Assembly (NCBI GenBank): GCA_964106645.2 | Contig: OZ067052.1 | Reading direction: 5' to 3' (one strand) | Source of the DNA: Podarcis pityusensis | Lineage: Eukaryota | Length of the DNA stretch: 64,000 nt | In this document: positions 1-15,900 of the stretch, piece after piece | Layout: every line of letters starts with the position of its first letter | How positions within the stretch are numbered: the first letter of the stretch is position 1 | Made by a program: the position numbers and the translations under genes | The notes under the pieces: model-generated | Seen by the model: the letters and a program-made list of their open reading frames with translations, nothing else | Database searches by the model: none | What the model was told of the DNA's origin: nothing

Positions 1-1750
1 GGAGGAAAACCCATGTATGTGCACCCCCTTGACCCGCCTTGGAGGAATGATATAATTCATGACTTGATTGCAGCTAAAGCCAGGAAATAAATGTGTTCAT
101 TCGAAGAAAAGAGCATCATGAATTTATGTTTGAAGATTTTATCTTTCATTGGAACAAAGTTTGTGAATTTTAGATAATTTGTTTGATTTATCACACTTGC
201 TACCTGGGCCTTTCCCTCTGACAAGCCTTAGGCTCCCCACACCCTTAAATTGCCCTGATTTGGGCTGACAGCCACAAGCCTGAAAAGGTTGGAGAAAACT
301 AGTCCCACCCCAACCCCCCAACTAGCTTTCTGGGGTCTTTCCGAGCCCTGCTACCGAAGATCCCTTTAGCTGAAAAATCTGATTCCTTATCAATGCCTTT
401 TAGTGAGCCAGGCAATTGCCCCATCTAGCTCTAATTTGGTGGGAAGCGGCTGCCCAGCGGCTCAGTCTTTTTAGCTAGGTGCATTTTGAACCTGGGACTT
501 CATGCATGCGCAGCCTGTGGTCTACCATAGGATCTGGCCCCTCTCCACATAGTGATGATGCCACGCGGTACATTTCCCCCACGCCTCCTGTTGACAGCCA
601 GAGATGGGAGGGGTGGGGAAATGCTCAGCCCAATGTCATCACCTTGTGTCACATACTGTTAGTACGGGAGCCATTACCAGGAAAAGAAGGGAGTTAGGGT
701 GAGCGAGAGAAACATGAAATAGTGGCAGCTCTCTCTCAACAAATGCAACCATTTGCAGAGAAGCGGCACAAAGACAACATTTAGCAAAGGTGTCTTATTT
801 CAGTGGATTTTACAGAGAACCTGGTAGCGGAGGGAGACAGGATGACAATAACTGTCTCAGTATTGTTTGGGCTCCTTAAGAGTTTTGCATCAACCCTTCT
901 GTTAATGAAGATCAATAGCCATCCTCTCCCCATCCCCAACAGTTTTGCTTTGCGCTTTGGCATCTTAAAATATGTTACACATTTCTGATTATTTTACATT
1001 CTATGAATCTGCTTGGTCCGGAAGCAGAGGGCAAGAGTTTACTGTGGCACAATTAGGCCTGTATTGAGAGTGGGGTGGATACTTGTGGGTCTGACTTGGG
1101 GAACCTGCAGAGAGGGCTGGATCAGATTTCCCTTGACCATAAATTCTGCTGAGAATTCAGAGTTTTGAAAGCGGCAAAACTTCTCACTCGCATTCATTCA
1201 AGTTTTATTGAATGAGTGAGGAGTCATGGAATCACTACAATGAAAATGAACTACTTTGATAAATACACACTCAAGGATGGTACAGCAAAAGACGCTGTTT
1301 CTGCTACACCGGGAACACCACGTTTTCCAAGTTCCGCACACTTAAGATACTTAAAGAAACAAAAACCTATTTCATTGATACCCAATGAATCAGAGCGGGC
1401 CCAAGAGGTTTGGGCGCCTGAGATAAAACATCAAAATGGACCATCCCACACACTAATAAACACAGGGTGCAATTCATGGGGATGCTCTCCTGCGTTGGCC
1501 CATGGAAACAGATGGCAATGGGAACCACATATTGTATGGGGCCAGCACAGGCAAACATAACCACTGGATCGTACTGTCCCAACTTCCACTCTGCCACCTC
1601 TCTCTGACTCTGTCCATTCAAAGAATAATTGGCTTAAGAGGTGAAAGCCAAATGGACCTCTTCAACCACCAGATGAAGGAAGTCCTGTTGACAGGGCCTC
1701 CCATCTACCAAGAACAGACATGGAAAGGAAAGCCAGTGGCTAATGCCTCA

Positions 1751-2830
<1,080 letters not shown>

Positions 2831-3584
2831 TCAAGTTGTCTTGTCCCCAAAACAGACCTTGGTTGAACCCAAATGCAGCAAACATTTATAAATGCCAGAT
2901 GAAACTCGGATTAGAGAAATCATTGCTCGAATAATGCCAAAGTATAGTTGAGACGCTACTGGGAAAATGCAACAACCACCTGGGTGCCCAATTTATACAG
3001 TTATCACCAGCTGCGAAAACCCAAACTAAAGAAGCACCTGGAAATTCCACAAATCCACCCATATATATATATATTTAGGCATGTGCAACATCCCCTGCCT
3101 CTGAGAAAAGCAAACAAGAAAAGGAAATGCACCACCTCTGGAAATAAAAGAACAGGGATTCAAACTGACATGCCAGCTAAGTATATGAGACAGGCTCACT
3201 TTTGGAATCCACTTTAATTTATGTTTGGGGAAGGGTGGGGGAAATTAGCACCAATGTCAGGTTTGTGACCGAAATGGAAGACAGACTCTGACGCTGCTCC
3301 TCACAACATTCGGAAACATTTCTCCTTCCTAACCCTTTGGACCGTCTCCGAGGTCTCGAAGTCTTATTCTATTATCTACAGTATAAAGGGTGCAGGGAGG
3401 CGGCGGTGGGGAGATGAAACACGATTCAAAGTTCTTGCTCTCCATTACTCTTTCTGTCATGCAGCACAAGGCTTGGGCTCAGGCCCCGTTCCCCATCCTC
3501 ACCCTCGAATCAGCAAACAAAGACTCGCAGCCCGAGGAACACGTTTGTTTCCCCCCCACCCTCCGCCCCTGCCAATCCACTTAC

Positions 3585-3684
3585 CGCTCAGGTCACTGTT
3601 TGTGATACGGAGCGTGGCGTTCTCCGATTGTAGCAGGCGGTTCTTTTCCAGCAGCAGGACTTCCAGCGGTTTGGATGCAGCATC
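3585..3684 (-). CDS. CUX1: CUX1/CASP coding exon 14 (100 nt), the last exon shared with CASP: [33 protein letters not shown](G)
   Basis: Translated by hand. Acceptor catag|GAT, donor GCG|gtaagt. Phase 0-1. Confidence 0.94.
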
Positions 3685-5299
3685 CTATGGAGAGACGGAA
3701 GAAGGGTTAGGCGCCAAAGAGCCTGAGAATTGCACCTCAGGGTGGAGTTCACGAGGGCGTTGGTGTGGCTCGGCCAGCAACCTAGAATTTGTCATCTGCA
3801 TTTTGGCACATCTGCTACGCCTCCCTAGTCTATGGCCGAGAAACTGCTTGGTGTTCTGGTGCAGGCTGCTTATCAGCTCCAGAGATGTATTTTTAAGTGC
3901 TCCATTAATCATTTTCCTTTCTTTTTTTACACCTGTTTGCCTTCAGACGCAGCACTATCGTGGCGCATCTTCCCTGAAACACTGCGTCTCGGCGCTATGG
4001 AGAAAATGGACAAATTAAATCAGTCACAAACACCGACCCTTCCCCTTTCCCCACACGCGACTCTCAATCATCGAAACCCACTGGAAATAATAAAACGCCT
4101 GGCACACAGGGAAGCAGCTTCAACTTTGCACTAAAGATGCCAGAATCCAATTTGTAACCTTTGATCCTACAAGAGTAATATGTGACAACACCACAGGCTT
4201 TGGATGCTTCCCTCCCACCCCACCCCCCACTACCCAAAGCTTTCTTTGTTCAATGTAGTTCAATTGTGCATTTGAAGGAGGTCTGAAAACGGGAAAATTG
4301 TCTTATTGTGAATTTCCCTTTGAAGATCCAGATGGAAAACATTCTTCCTATGGGATGACACCTCCTAACTGGAGGTTCAGGCAGGGCCCCTTCTAGGCTA
4401 ATGCCTCCTGTCCAGGGGGAAGGATCCAAACCAACCACGCCTGTAGTCAGCGAAAGCTGAGCTCTCAGGCTTGCTTCCTTTATGCCTCTTCTCTCCCCCC
4501 CCCCCCCCGTTCCTTGTTCTCCTGCTGTGTGACATTGGCTTGTTCTTTGTCTCCTCTCTTGTTCCGTTGCTTATTAGCTGAGCTGTGGGCACATGTTTGG
4601 TCTTTCCCCTGCCCACTGCACCCCCCCTCCTTCTGTGATTCCCAGTGTGGTTCCCTTTTGGGGCAGTTGGGGTTGGCATCGGAGGAGGGCCAGTGGATTT
4701 GGGGTCCCCTGTGGGAGGGTATTTTTGCAGAGCTTCGGACTTTGGCACATCCTGCAAAGAACCGTGATCAAGCAGGAGCACAGTTTTGAGTGGATTTGAT
4801 GGTTTGTCAGGCTTTGTTTTTCTCGCTGGCAGTGCCACAGTAATCCCCACCCCTAAACAGTGGTCAGTCATCAGCTCCTGGGAGTCACAAGTGGATCCAC
4901 TGCAGGTAAATGCAGTTGACCCATAATGGGTTTTGCAAGGGCATAAGGCTTTTGTGCCAATGCGGAAACATTTCTGGGTTAATTAGGGTGGGCCCATTCA
5001 GGCTTCCAAACTGCATCAAGGGCTTATGGGGAAGAGGCAGTGAAAGGCTTGTCAGAAGCCAAAGGAAAAGGCTGCTTAGCCCCCACAGCCAGTGATGGAG
5101 AGGCTTGGACTTGAGCAGGCAGCTCCTCAAGCAGCCACTGTGGAACCTCCATGGGATTTAGCCAAAATTGCTGGAAAAAAACTCAACAGCAAATAATTTA
5201 GAGCGAGACTGGGCTACTCACTCCTACTCAGACAGCTCTCCTTCCTTCTGCTGGGAAGGGAAGAAAAGGCTTCAATATCCCATAGGAGCAATGTATGTA

Positions 5300-5525
5300 C
5301 AGTGGTACCTCGGGTTAAGAACTTAATTCGTTCTGGAGGTCTGTTCTTAACCTGAAACTGTACTTAACCTGAGGTACCACTTTAGCTAATGGGGCCTCCC
5401 ACTACCGCTGCACCGCCGGAGCACAATTTCTGTTCTCATTCTGAAGCAAAGTCCTTAACCTGAGGTACTATTTCTGGGTTAGCGGAGTCTGTAACCTGAA
5501 ATGTCTGTAACCCGAGGTACCACTG
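5300..5525 (+). mobile_element. Tc1/mariner (Tigger/pogo-like) MITE, family A, copy 1
   Basis: Terminal inverted repeats CAGTGGTACCTCGGGTTA...TAACCCGAGGTACCACTG. TA on both sides (5298-99, 5526-27). Two more copies in the window. Confidence 0.9.
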
Positions 5526-6508
5526 TATTCCATTTGGATCTGGCAAATTAGGGTTCGAGTTACCACTTCAATAGGCACTTCAAGGGTCAGTATGGTGTAG
5601 TGAGGAATGTGTTGGTCATAGACCAGGGAGATCTGAGTTCATATCCCCACGCAGTGGATATGATAGCTCCATGTTCACACACTTGTGGAGACAGAAGAGA
5701 ATTGCGTGTGTGCATCTTGCAGCCCTGGTAGATTTTGTTGACTAAATATTGACACCTCGCTTCCAGATTTTTCAACTCTATGTCATGGTCCCCATTTTCC
5801 ACCCTGAATAAAAACATATCTGTTCATTTTCTCCCTTCTGAACTATTAAATGTTTGTATTATTGAACATCTTCATCATCTGTCACTATCTGCAGCTCACT
5901 TTAAAATATAGCAATACCCACAGACCTTTTGCTCAGGAATTACTACAATTCCTTCATAAGGCAGCAGCTCATCACCTCTATCATCGCATCAAATGTGGTT
6001 TACAATAGAAATAATTTTAAAAAGCAAGCAATGGAAGAATTAAAGCAGCCACCACAACAAGCACATCAGATTAAAAAAACAGAGCAGGCAGTTAAAAGAA
6101 CAAGTGAAACGAGAACAGCAGCCATGAACCACTCATTAAAACCCCTGGTCTAAGATAAAAAGGTATAACTTGTCCTCTGAAAGACAAAAGAGCTGGTGTC
6201 ACACACTTGCAATGCTGGCTCTCTTTAGATCGTTCTGTTATTTCATTTTTCCTCACCATCAACTTGCGAGGTAGAGGGTTTAAGTGCTGGAAATGCAAAC
6301 TGGCAGGCATGCTCAAGACCACACACAGTTAATTCCCTGGCTGAGCAAGGTTTGAACCCGGGTCTTCCATGTCAAAGTTCTTTACCCAAAAAGCCTCATG
6401 GACTCTTAGTGTGTCAGACACAACATTTTTCAATCCAAACTGGCATTCAGAAGTGACCTCCCCACCCTCTGCTCTGCTCGCCCAGAAATCCAAAAGCAGT
6501 CCTGTTAC

Positions 6509-6557
6509 CTGTGTGCTGGAGCCATCAGAGGGTGCAAACTCCATGGACTTCAAGATG
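6509..6557 (-). CDS. CUX1: CUX1/CASP coding exon 13 (49 nt): NILKSMEFAPSDGSSTQ
   Basis: Peptide match. Acceptor tgcag|C, donor CAG|gtaaca. Phase 2-0. Confidence 0.95.
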
Positions 6558-8334
6558 CTGCAAAGTGGTAGAATAAAGAGTTATTTTCTCTTCTGTCCCT
6601 TCATAACAGCTCCTCTAATAAGCATTAACATTGTAATTTTCAGCTCTCCAGGAACACCCTAAGTGATAACTTTAACAACTTTTCTTGGGAGTAATATAAT
6701 CTGATAATGAATATAGAATAACTATTCACACTAGTTATCAGAGAAGAACATTTTCTCAAATGCCCTCTAAATCACTGCACAACGCAGTCCCACCAGGCCC
6801 GTTTCAAGCATAAATTTAAAGGTTAATAAGGATATAACATTTTAAACTGTCAGAAACAATATAAATGTGTGTGTGACGCTTGAAGGGAAATGGGGGGAGG
6901 CTTATAACAAAGCAGCAAAAACAGGGAATCGTCATCATGGTCATAATAATGCCCATGAAATGCGAAAAATGAAAACATGCAAAATTTATCAGCTCACATA
7001 TCAAGGAAAACGAGCACAAATTATTTGCATGACCCAACACAGGCTTAAAAAACAGAGGAGACTCTGTTTTGCATTTTAATAATCAAGCACTCCACAGTGA
7101 TAGAACCCAAGAATTGCTTGGTATTTCTTAAGCTCTATGAAGCGCCTGGAAATTACAAAGACATTCCCTTTGTATTTTACTCTCCAAGTCCTCAGTAAGT
7201 GACTCAACAAAAGCAAACCATTCAGCTGGCCAGCCTGGTGTGTTGGCCTGTCAAGGCTGCTGGGAAAGTCAAAACTCTGCAGTTAGGCCAATGGTTTTCA
7301 AAACTGCCCACTGCAGAAAAAAACTCTCCATTTAGTTTGCATATGAACTGATTTACTGCCCGAAGCCTTTGAAACGTTGTACAAGAAGGCAAAAATGAGA
7401 TAAAATACAAGTCCTACAAACAATAAAAGCATTCTTACAAACCCTAAAAACAACAAAACAATTTCTACAGCTATAAATAACAATCTGTAAATGAATGGGT
7501 CACACCCCAGGGAAGGAGTTCTTACACAAAAATGCCTTTAGAAGGTGCTGGGCGCCTGCCTAATTTCAGCTGGTTACTAATTCCAGAAGGCTGGAGCTGT
7601 AACACTAGAAGCCCGTACTAGAAGTTTCCAGTACAAATGAGACACGCCTCTGGGAAACGTGGTAGTCTCTGCAGTGCTTAAGCAAACTTCCCAAACTAAC
7701 ACACAATTGGAAGGTAGTTATTCTTTGGTTTTGGCACTTTAAGTGCTCCAGAGTCATTTCAAAAAGGACAGTAATAAGCATATTTTGTGAGCAAAAATAC
7801 TTTTAAAATGTGAATTTCTGTAGGCCTTTAAAAAACAATCACAGAATGATGAGAAAATGGGACAGTGGACTAGACTGGAAAGAGATTGACATGTTCTTGG
7901 GTAGGTGGATAAGCTTCAAGGAGGCTCACTAAGCTTCTTGACTTACAAGCTTTTGAGGAGGTAAATGATTTCCTGGAAAAGATATAAAGGTGTGGGGAAA
8001 GCTGCATTTATTTAAATTTCTGTGCATGAATTGCAGTAAACAGGATGCTGAACTAACTATATCTTTGGTCTGATTCAATAGGATTTCTCTTATGAAAACC
8101 ATTAATCCACAAAGGAATTAAAGACCTTGGACAAAGTTCAGGGCACTCACAGCTCCTAGATTTTTTGGGTGGTAGTGAAGCAACATGTTTGAAGCCACAG
8201 ACATGTCCACAACCAACATGCATCAGATTTATTCTTCTCTCGGTTTTAGTGAGTTGGTTCTTAGTTTGAAATCATTGTATTTTTTCCACCCAGAAAAAAA
8301 CGTATTGCTATTTCAACTATATATATATACTTAC

Positions 8335-8393
8335 TTTAATTCTTTCTTAACCTCGTCATAGTCAGCTTGCACCTTCAATTTTTCTTCCAGTTG
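8335..8393 (-). CDS. CUX1: CUX1/CASP coding exon 12 (59 nt): QLEEKLKVQADYDEVKKEL(N)
   Basis: Translated by hand. Acceptor ttttaag|CAA, donor AAA|gtaagt. Phase 0-2. Confidence 0.95.
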
Positions 8394-9663
8394 CTTAAAA
8401 GAAAAAGTGCAGCATTATTTTAATTAGATTAAAATTCTTCAACCTGACAAGTCAGACCCAACAAAAATGACAGACAGGATCAGATTGGTGGGTGGGATGG
8501 CCCCATTCTCTGAAGAGGAGGCAGAAGACTGTTTGGGACCCTGCCTGCCATCACCTGTGGGATGTGTTATCCCTATGAGAGGAATGACCTTCCTCTTGAG
8601 CCAGCAAAAATGATGCCCACCAAGGCAGAAAGAGGAGATACCTACAGTCTGATGTGATCAGGCCATTTAGGCACCAAGTGCCCCCCATCTCATTGCAACA
8701 GTTGTGGGAAGAAATTAGCATAGCAATTGTCTGGAAGATCCCAGCAAAATGCAAAACAGAACAAAAGGTTCAAGCTGTGAGACAATCTGGAGGAACTAAT
8801 ATCTGGCTCCAACTATCGACTTGGTTCATTTTCAGACAAAATAAAAGGCATGTTTCTAATGTCACGCAAGGTCTAAAAATACACCCTCTGGGAGCTTGCA
8901 AAATGATGCACTAACAGGAGTGGAGTTGGTGGGGGGAGACTCCCATGCAGTAGCTCAGGAAAAGGCATCTTATCAAGAAGCCAATCTAAGTTTATTAACC
9001 TACTCACTGGGTACAAAGAATGAACAAGAAAAAGCAGCCAAGAAGCAAAAACGGTTCCTCTTCCAGGTCCTACCCTTAAGGCCTTCATTAAATGATTACA
9101 TAATATTTTCAGATGGCCTGCATTCAAAACAGAAAGCTGCATCCCTTTCTTCTTAACCCCTTCCCCCAAGATAAATGTACCAGTTCTGATTCTTGCTACT
9201 GAACCAGGACAGCCACGTTAACAGTGCACAACCAAAGATACACAGACAGGAAAGGCTCAGTCTCTCCCTTCCTCCCCTGCAATCCAGTGCCACTACCAGA
9301 CGGGGTTGGCAACACTGGGTGAGAAAGATCAGTGGTTTGAGTCATTGTAAGACAGTTCTCTCTGGCAGGACCCACAGCTCAGGGGTGCAGCATGTGTTTT
9401 GTTTGCAGACATTTTCAGAAGCAACAACCACAATTATCATAACAGGGCCAGTTTCAAATCATAAAGACGGGCTTCGTAATGCACACCACCACCCATAACT
9501 TTTGCTTTGCTTCCCGATCAGCGATGGTGAGACAAGGAGGCCAGAGTGAGCACCCTGAGAGCTGGCAACACTTGTTTGCTGAGCAAAGCAGGGATGCTCA
9601 GAATTCGAACCTGTGGGCAGCACCCAAATTCCTGGACAGGGGAGAGAATGGAATCCATATGAA

Positions 9664-9882
9664 CCGGTGTGGTGTAGTGCTTAACATTTGTGGACAAGGA
9701 CTGGGGGACATAAAGATTCAAATCCCTACTAAGCCATGAAGCCTCCTGGGTGACTTTGGCCACTCGTTATCTCTCAACCTATCCTATGTCAATGGGGTTG
9801 TTGTGAGGATATAATGGGAAGAGGGAGAACCAAGAACTGTGTGCACTGCCTTGAGCTCACTGGAGGAGAGGCAGAATATAAA
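9664..9882 (+). mobile_element. Old tRNA-derived MIR/CORE-like SINE
   Basis: A-box GTGTGGTGTAGTG, B-box-like GATTCAAATCCC, core GCCATGAAGC..CTGGGTGACTTTGGCC and GTTGTTGTGAGGATA. Homologs at 26790 and 54700. Confidence 0.7.
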
Positions 9883-10293
9883 CGAAATAGAAACAAAGGC
9901 TTGCTCCTTCTTGTGCCAAATGTTGCTTTCTCTTGCTTCTGCAAGACTTTACAACAGAATGGATCTGAATTTAGAACATTTTGAATCACTGTGGCAAGTC
10001 CACTGAGAAATTGTCATTTGTGTTGGAGGATGTTTAAAAGTTAAAAACAAAACATTGCAGGGCTGGAAGGAGCTTGCACTGGGGAAAAAGAATGCCCCTT
10101 ACAACAGCACCACAGGCATACATTGACCACTGGTCATGATGCCCACATACTACCTATAGGATCAGAAGTGCCATGTATCTGTGTACCAGAAGTGGGAGAG
10201 GGCTACTGTCTTCCCACAGGCATCTGATTGGCCACCTTGGGAAATAGGAGGTCAGATTAGATAGGCCTTTGGGCTGATCCACCAGGGCTTTTA

Positions 10294-10557
<264 letters not shown>

Positions 10558-11559
10558 CTAAAAGACAAGGGGTGTGTGTTTTGAAGTGAGAAAGGGGTAG
10601 AGAAATAGAGAGAAATCACACCCTGGCAAAACAGCAGGTCTAAAAACATCTGTAGTTCATCCAGAAATGATGCCAGAGGCAAGAGATTAAAGGGCAGGTA
10701 TCAGAGACAGGCAACCCAGAAAAGCCTATCCCCCTCATTTAACTTTGGCTGCTTCTGAAAGGTATGAAAACATGTCTGTTGAAAGGGGTGACAAAAATAT
10801 TTCCAACTTAATAGATCAGATTACTGTAATGTTCTCTACATGGGGCTGCCCTTGAAGCAAGTCTGAAAACTTCTCCTGATCTAAAATCACTGACCAGAAC
10901 TTGGGAAAATGAAATATATTTCCATTTCTGTTGCCTATCTATTTGTTTCTGGGCTTGATTTAAGAGCTGGCAATAATTTTTAAAGCTCCAAACATCCTGG
11001 GACCAAGATACCTTAAGGACCACCTTCACCTGTATGAATCTGCCCAAAGTTTCAGATTGGCATGATCTAGGAACTTACTTTTCAAAAATAAATAAATACA
11101 ACCATGCAGATTCAGCTTTTGCATGAATTTTCACAACTACATAAAGTGAAGAGCTGACTAGACAAGCAACATGCCGCCTCTGTGCACACCAACTAGCACG
11201 TTGCGACCATGCAAATAATTCTGATAGACGTTGCACTAAAATAACTTCAGGGTCTTCAGTCCCTGGTTCAGGCACAGTCCCTGGTTTATTCCCGCTTTGA
11301 AATCTACAGGCTAGATAAAGCAAAGCTCCAAATAAGCAATCCCTACCTTACAGCTCCCCTATGAAAAAGGCAAGGTTGCTAAGCCCCCCCCCCCCATCCT
11401 CCCATCAATGTCCCTGCTCCAAACCCGGCACAGCAAGCAGCTGTACTTGAAGGCATCGCAAGGGAAAGGCGATTCCCAAGAAACGCAATTCTGGCAGCAG
11501 CTGAAAACCTCAGCTCTGCCTGGCAGCAAAGTGCAAGAAGCTGAGCTGGAGGTGTTTCA

Positions 11560-11856
<297 letters not shown>

Positions 11857-11858
11857 TC

Positions 11859-12002
11859 NNNNNNNNNNNNNNNNNNNNNNNNNNNNNNNNNNNNNNNNNN
11901 NNNNNNNNNNNNNNNNNNNNNNNNNNNNNNNNNNNNNNNNNNNNNNNNNNNNNNNNNNNNNNNNNNNNNNNNNNNNNNNNNNNNNNNNNNNNNNNNNNNN
12001 NN
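11859..12002. other. Assembly gap (144 N) in intron 9
   Basis: Run of N. Exons 9 and 10 join in frame, so no constitutive exon needs to lie in the gap. Confidence 0.99.
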
Positions 12003-12916
12003 AGGAGCAAGGAATCCCCTGCTGACACAAATGCTGCGGCCCACTGAATTTCCCAGGCTGGATGAATGCAAGTGGAAATGGAACCCTTTGATTCAATTGC
12101 CTTCTATACTCCCAGCCAAAGCAGGCTGTGCTGCAAGATTCCTCATGGGAATAATTCTCACGAGTAAATGCTGAATTAAGAGATCCTCAGCCTGCTTTGC
12201 CTGAAACAAGCACAATGTTTTTTTGTCAAGCCTCTTTTCTCCATCGCTATTTCTCTCTCCTGCCCACACAGACAGGGTGAAGCTTGCAAGCTAGGGAAAG
12301 GTTTGGAGGGCTATTCCTGTTTTAGTCAATGAAAATATTGATCATCCAGCATAACTGTAGTTATATAGGTGCTCCATAACAAATGTCCAATAGGCAGCTC
12401 ATAAAACAGATGCTACAATTAAAATACAATACGAACAATGAAGCAATAGTTATTAAGAACAAAAACACACACGAAATTAAATCCCGCATTATATTTTTAT
12501 CCTGCCCCTCCTCTAAGGAACTTGTGCCATTTGGTAGCAAAAGGATTACTGTATTAAAAGCGAAGTCTCAAACTGCCAAATGCATTTCTCTTTTTCCTCC
12601 AAGGAAACCACGGTGGCACATTTTATCCTCACATTAGTGTTGTGTCATAGGTTTGGCTAAGACAACAGAATGTTCACCAAAATGTGTGCAAGGCAAGTGA
12701 AACTCTGCTTGCTAGGCTCTGCATCAGACAAAATAGCAAAGTGGAATGGGTGAGGGTTCTCCAGATGTTGTAGGACTACAATTCCCATCATCCCTAGCCC
12801 TTGGTCATGCAGGCTGAGGCTGATGGGAGTTGCAGTGCTACAACTCTGATAAGCATGACACTTCAAGGCTGTCTTTACAATCCAACCAACAATACTGGCT
12901 TAAAAAAAAACCTTAC

Positions 12917-12965
12917 CTGATTTGCTCTTTCAAGGTCTGTCATGATAATCTCAATTTCATCAGAC
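12917..12965 (-). CDS. CUX1: CUX1/CASP coding exon 9 (49 nt): KSDEIEIIMTDLERANQ
   Basis: Translated by hand. Acceptor tccag|G, donor CAG|gtaagg. Phase 2-0. Confidence 0.95.
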
Positions 12966-15900
12966 CTGGAAGAAAACAAGAAATAGGATACATTAATCAA
13001 TGATCAAGTCAAATTACCGGTCAGCTGTGGGTAGCTTTGCACTCCAGTGTTTGATTTTTTTCTTTCCCCCCCACACAGTATGCTACATCTCTGCAATAGA
13101 TTTGTAACACAGCAGGGTTAAGTACAAACACACTGATTTCAAACTGATTTTTAGGGTAGTCACTCCATACCCCTGATCATCCTAACTCATCACAGTTTTC
13201 AATGGAATATTGACAGATAAAACTTTCTCCAGTTTCAGACCCTTAATAAACCCCGTCTCAATGTAGAACATGGATTTTGACATGCTGGTTCCTTGTAGCA
13301 TGGTAACACCATGGATGGTAAGTAAGGATTTTCAAGTTGCTGCCATGTGATCAGATGGGCCAAACAGACTTGAACATAAAACAGTACACTGGGAACTCCC
13401 ATTCAGAAACTACTCTTTCAAATGTGAGTCTATGGGGGAGAATGCATTCTTGTTGCCTCTTCAAAACTGCAAGAGTGACTCTTGATTATGTGCTAATTTA
13501 TATACTGTGGCATGGCTGGTTATGTTATCCCCTTGCCCCAAAAAAGTGGACGAGGGGGCTACATCAATAACGTGCAACACCCTTAATATACTCTTAATGT
13601 GAATCCATAAAAGTCTGGTGTCCATAACAGCGTAAGTATCTTCTTGATTCCATCTCTTCTATGTGACTGACTTAATATTCCCAAATTTGGTATAGATAGC
13701 CATAGTCAATCAAATATATAAATGTTTGTACAGGTTGTGTGTGCACACATGCATTCAAAATTTCACATTTCTTCGTGGTTGTGGGAAGGGTTTCTCTGTG
13801 GCTACATAGTTCATGGAAATGTATATCTCTGCTAATTCTACAGCACCTTTTTAAATGGTAGGTCCTAGAGTAAACTGCAGTGCAAAGACATCCTAATCCT
13901 ATTTAAAGTTGCTCAGAAATTCGATGAGGAATTGAGGGGAGGAATGACTTTTCACGCTATAAACTTTGTGTTGGGCTTGCAGCTTCTATCTCAAGAACTC
14001 AGGCAGGTGATAAATATTTTAATTAAAGCATTTAAACCAACAACAAACCTCTAATTTATTGGTGCATGGTAACAGCTTTTCAAAAGGTGCTGAGCCTACA
14101 GAAAAGCAACCATCTGAACCATCTCTGGACCTTGTTTCATTTCCAGTACTGAACACAGCAAAAGCACTACTGAAGTCTTCTGCGAACACGCACTTCCAGA
14201 AGAACTTTAAAAAAGACTACCCAGACAGAACTGGCCCAGAATTCCCACTTCCACAAAAGTGAATAAAAGGTAATTGCCATCCATTACTATTTGCTCCCGG
14301 CAGCCAAGTATTCAGAGGTACGCTGGCTCTGAACACGGATGTTCCATTTAGGGATCATGTCTAGTAACCATCGACTGCCAGTTACTTGGTGAATGTGTGT
14401 AATGCAGAATTCACTGTGATGTAGTGATGGCCGTGGGCTGAGATGCTATGCAAGACAATTTAGTGATAAATACATGGGGAAGAATATAGGTCTATCAATA
14501 GCTATTAGTCATGATGGTGAAATGGTCTCTCCATGTTTAGAGGCCATCATCAACAACAACAACAAAAACAACATGAGTCGGGGTACCATTTTCTAGGGAA
14601 CAATAGCAGGAGTGGGCTATTGCCTTCAGCTTGTGGGCATCTTGAAGGCATAAGCTTAGGTGCTGGTGGAAAGAGGATGCTGGACTAGACAGAATTTTGG
14701 TCCGATCTGCAGAGATCTTCTTAATCCTATTCTAACATAATCTAAACTACCAGCCATCACACACCTTGAGCCAAGGAGTTCTATTAGACAAAATCTTCTC
14801 TGTCCAGAACTTACTGCCAGCCTACATACAAAGAGTTCACTTAACATATGCAACATGTTGGTCACCTGCCAGTTCTGCTTGTGGCACTTCCTAGGCGTGA
14901 AAGGCTTGTTGTACCTTCCTTTTTTCACATGCGGGAAGACCAAAAACCCACAGAGAATATATATTTGAAATTTACTGCGGAGGCAAACGTTTCTGTTTTA
15001 TTAGCTGGACAGGGTAACGTTTTTTGGCAAGGGGGAAAAAAGCAACATTTTCCCCGTTGCTGTTTTCTTCTTTTTATTGCACTGAGTAACTGTTAATATG
15101 AAGCCACAAGGGCTCGTTAAAATGCGCTGCTAAATTTTTTATTACAACCTCTTGCAAATAATAAAAAAACCCTACCTGCTATGGATATTGGGGAACTGTA
15201 CAATTCACTTAAATAAAAGAACGGCATTGAATCCCTGACTTAACAATGGCAAAGAAAATAGTGGAAGGGATAGAGACGATTGGGGTGCAATATCTAGTTC
15301 CGGTCTCCCAAGGAGGCGCAAGATGTTCCTTTCTCAGACCAGCAGCTAGGGCTGCCCAGGAGATTTTGCGGAAAATGCCCCCCCCGCACTCCTGCCTGTG
15401 ACTGCTTGCCCACTGCCGCCCAAGAACAGGGTGGGTGGGGCTCACAGCAGAGGAGGAAGTGGCTTACAAGTGCAGGAAGCAGATCTGCCACACCTGCCCA
15501 CTGTCTGGAGCCTGCCACCTCATGGGCAGGCCAGCCCTGCCAGCAGCGCAGCAAGCTGATTTTGCAACAGAGGTTCAGTGGCAGTTTCTGATAGAGCAGA
15601 GGAATCTTAAAGAGACAGGGAGAAAATCCCAGAGGGCACAAGCAAGCTCTTAAATGAAGGGTTGGCACATAAGACAATCAATTATTTGATCCAGTTTAAA
15701 TATTCAATGAATCACAAGGATGGTGATGCTTAGAGAATGAGCCATTTTGCAAAACTCCTTCTAAAAAGTCTCACATTTTAATAGCTACTGTTACTTTGCT
15801 TTGTTTCTGGTTTACATCCAATAAATAAAAATGTATATAGAGGTTGACCCTGCCATTCCAGGATAAAAGCCAGAGACTACAGCGAGTTCTATGAATGCTT

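Noticed and set aside
781-1150. Possible CUX1 exon 16 (MPKRK ORF; AGAATTT segment near 1145)
   Set aside because: Neither gives an ENPGQSL..EVPKRR-like peptide with proper phase-1 splice sites. Exon 16 is presumably outside the window.
3685-3912. 75-aa ORF in frame with exon 14, as a possible alternative first exon
   Set aside because: It stops at the acceptor TAG itself, so it cannot read into exon 14, and there is no usable internal donor.
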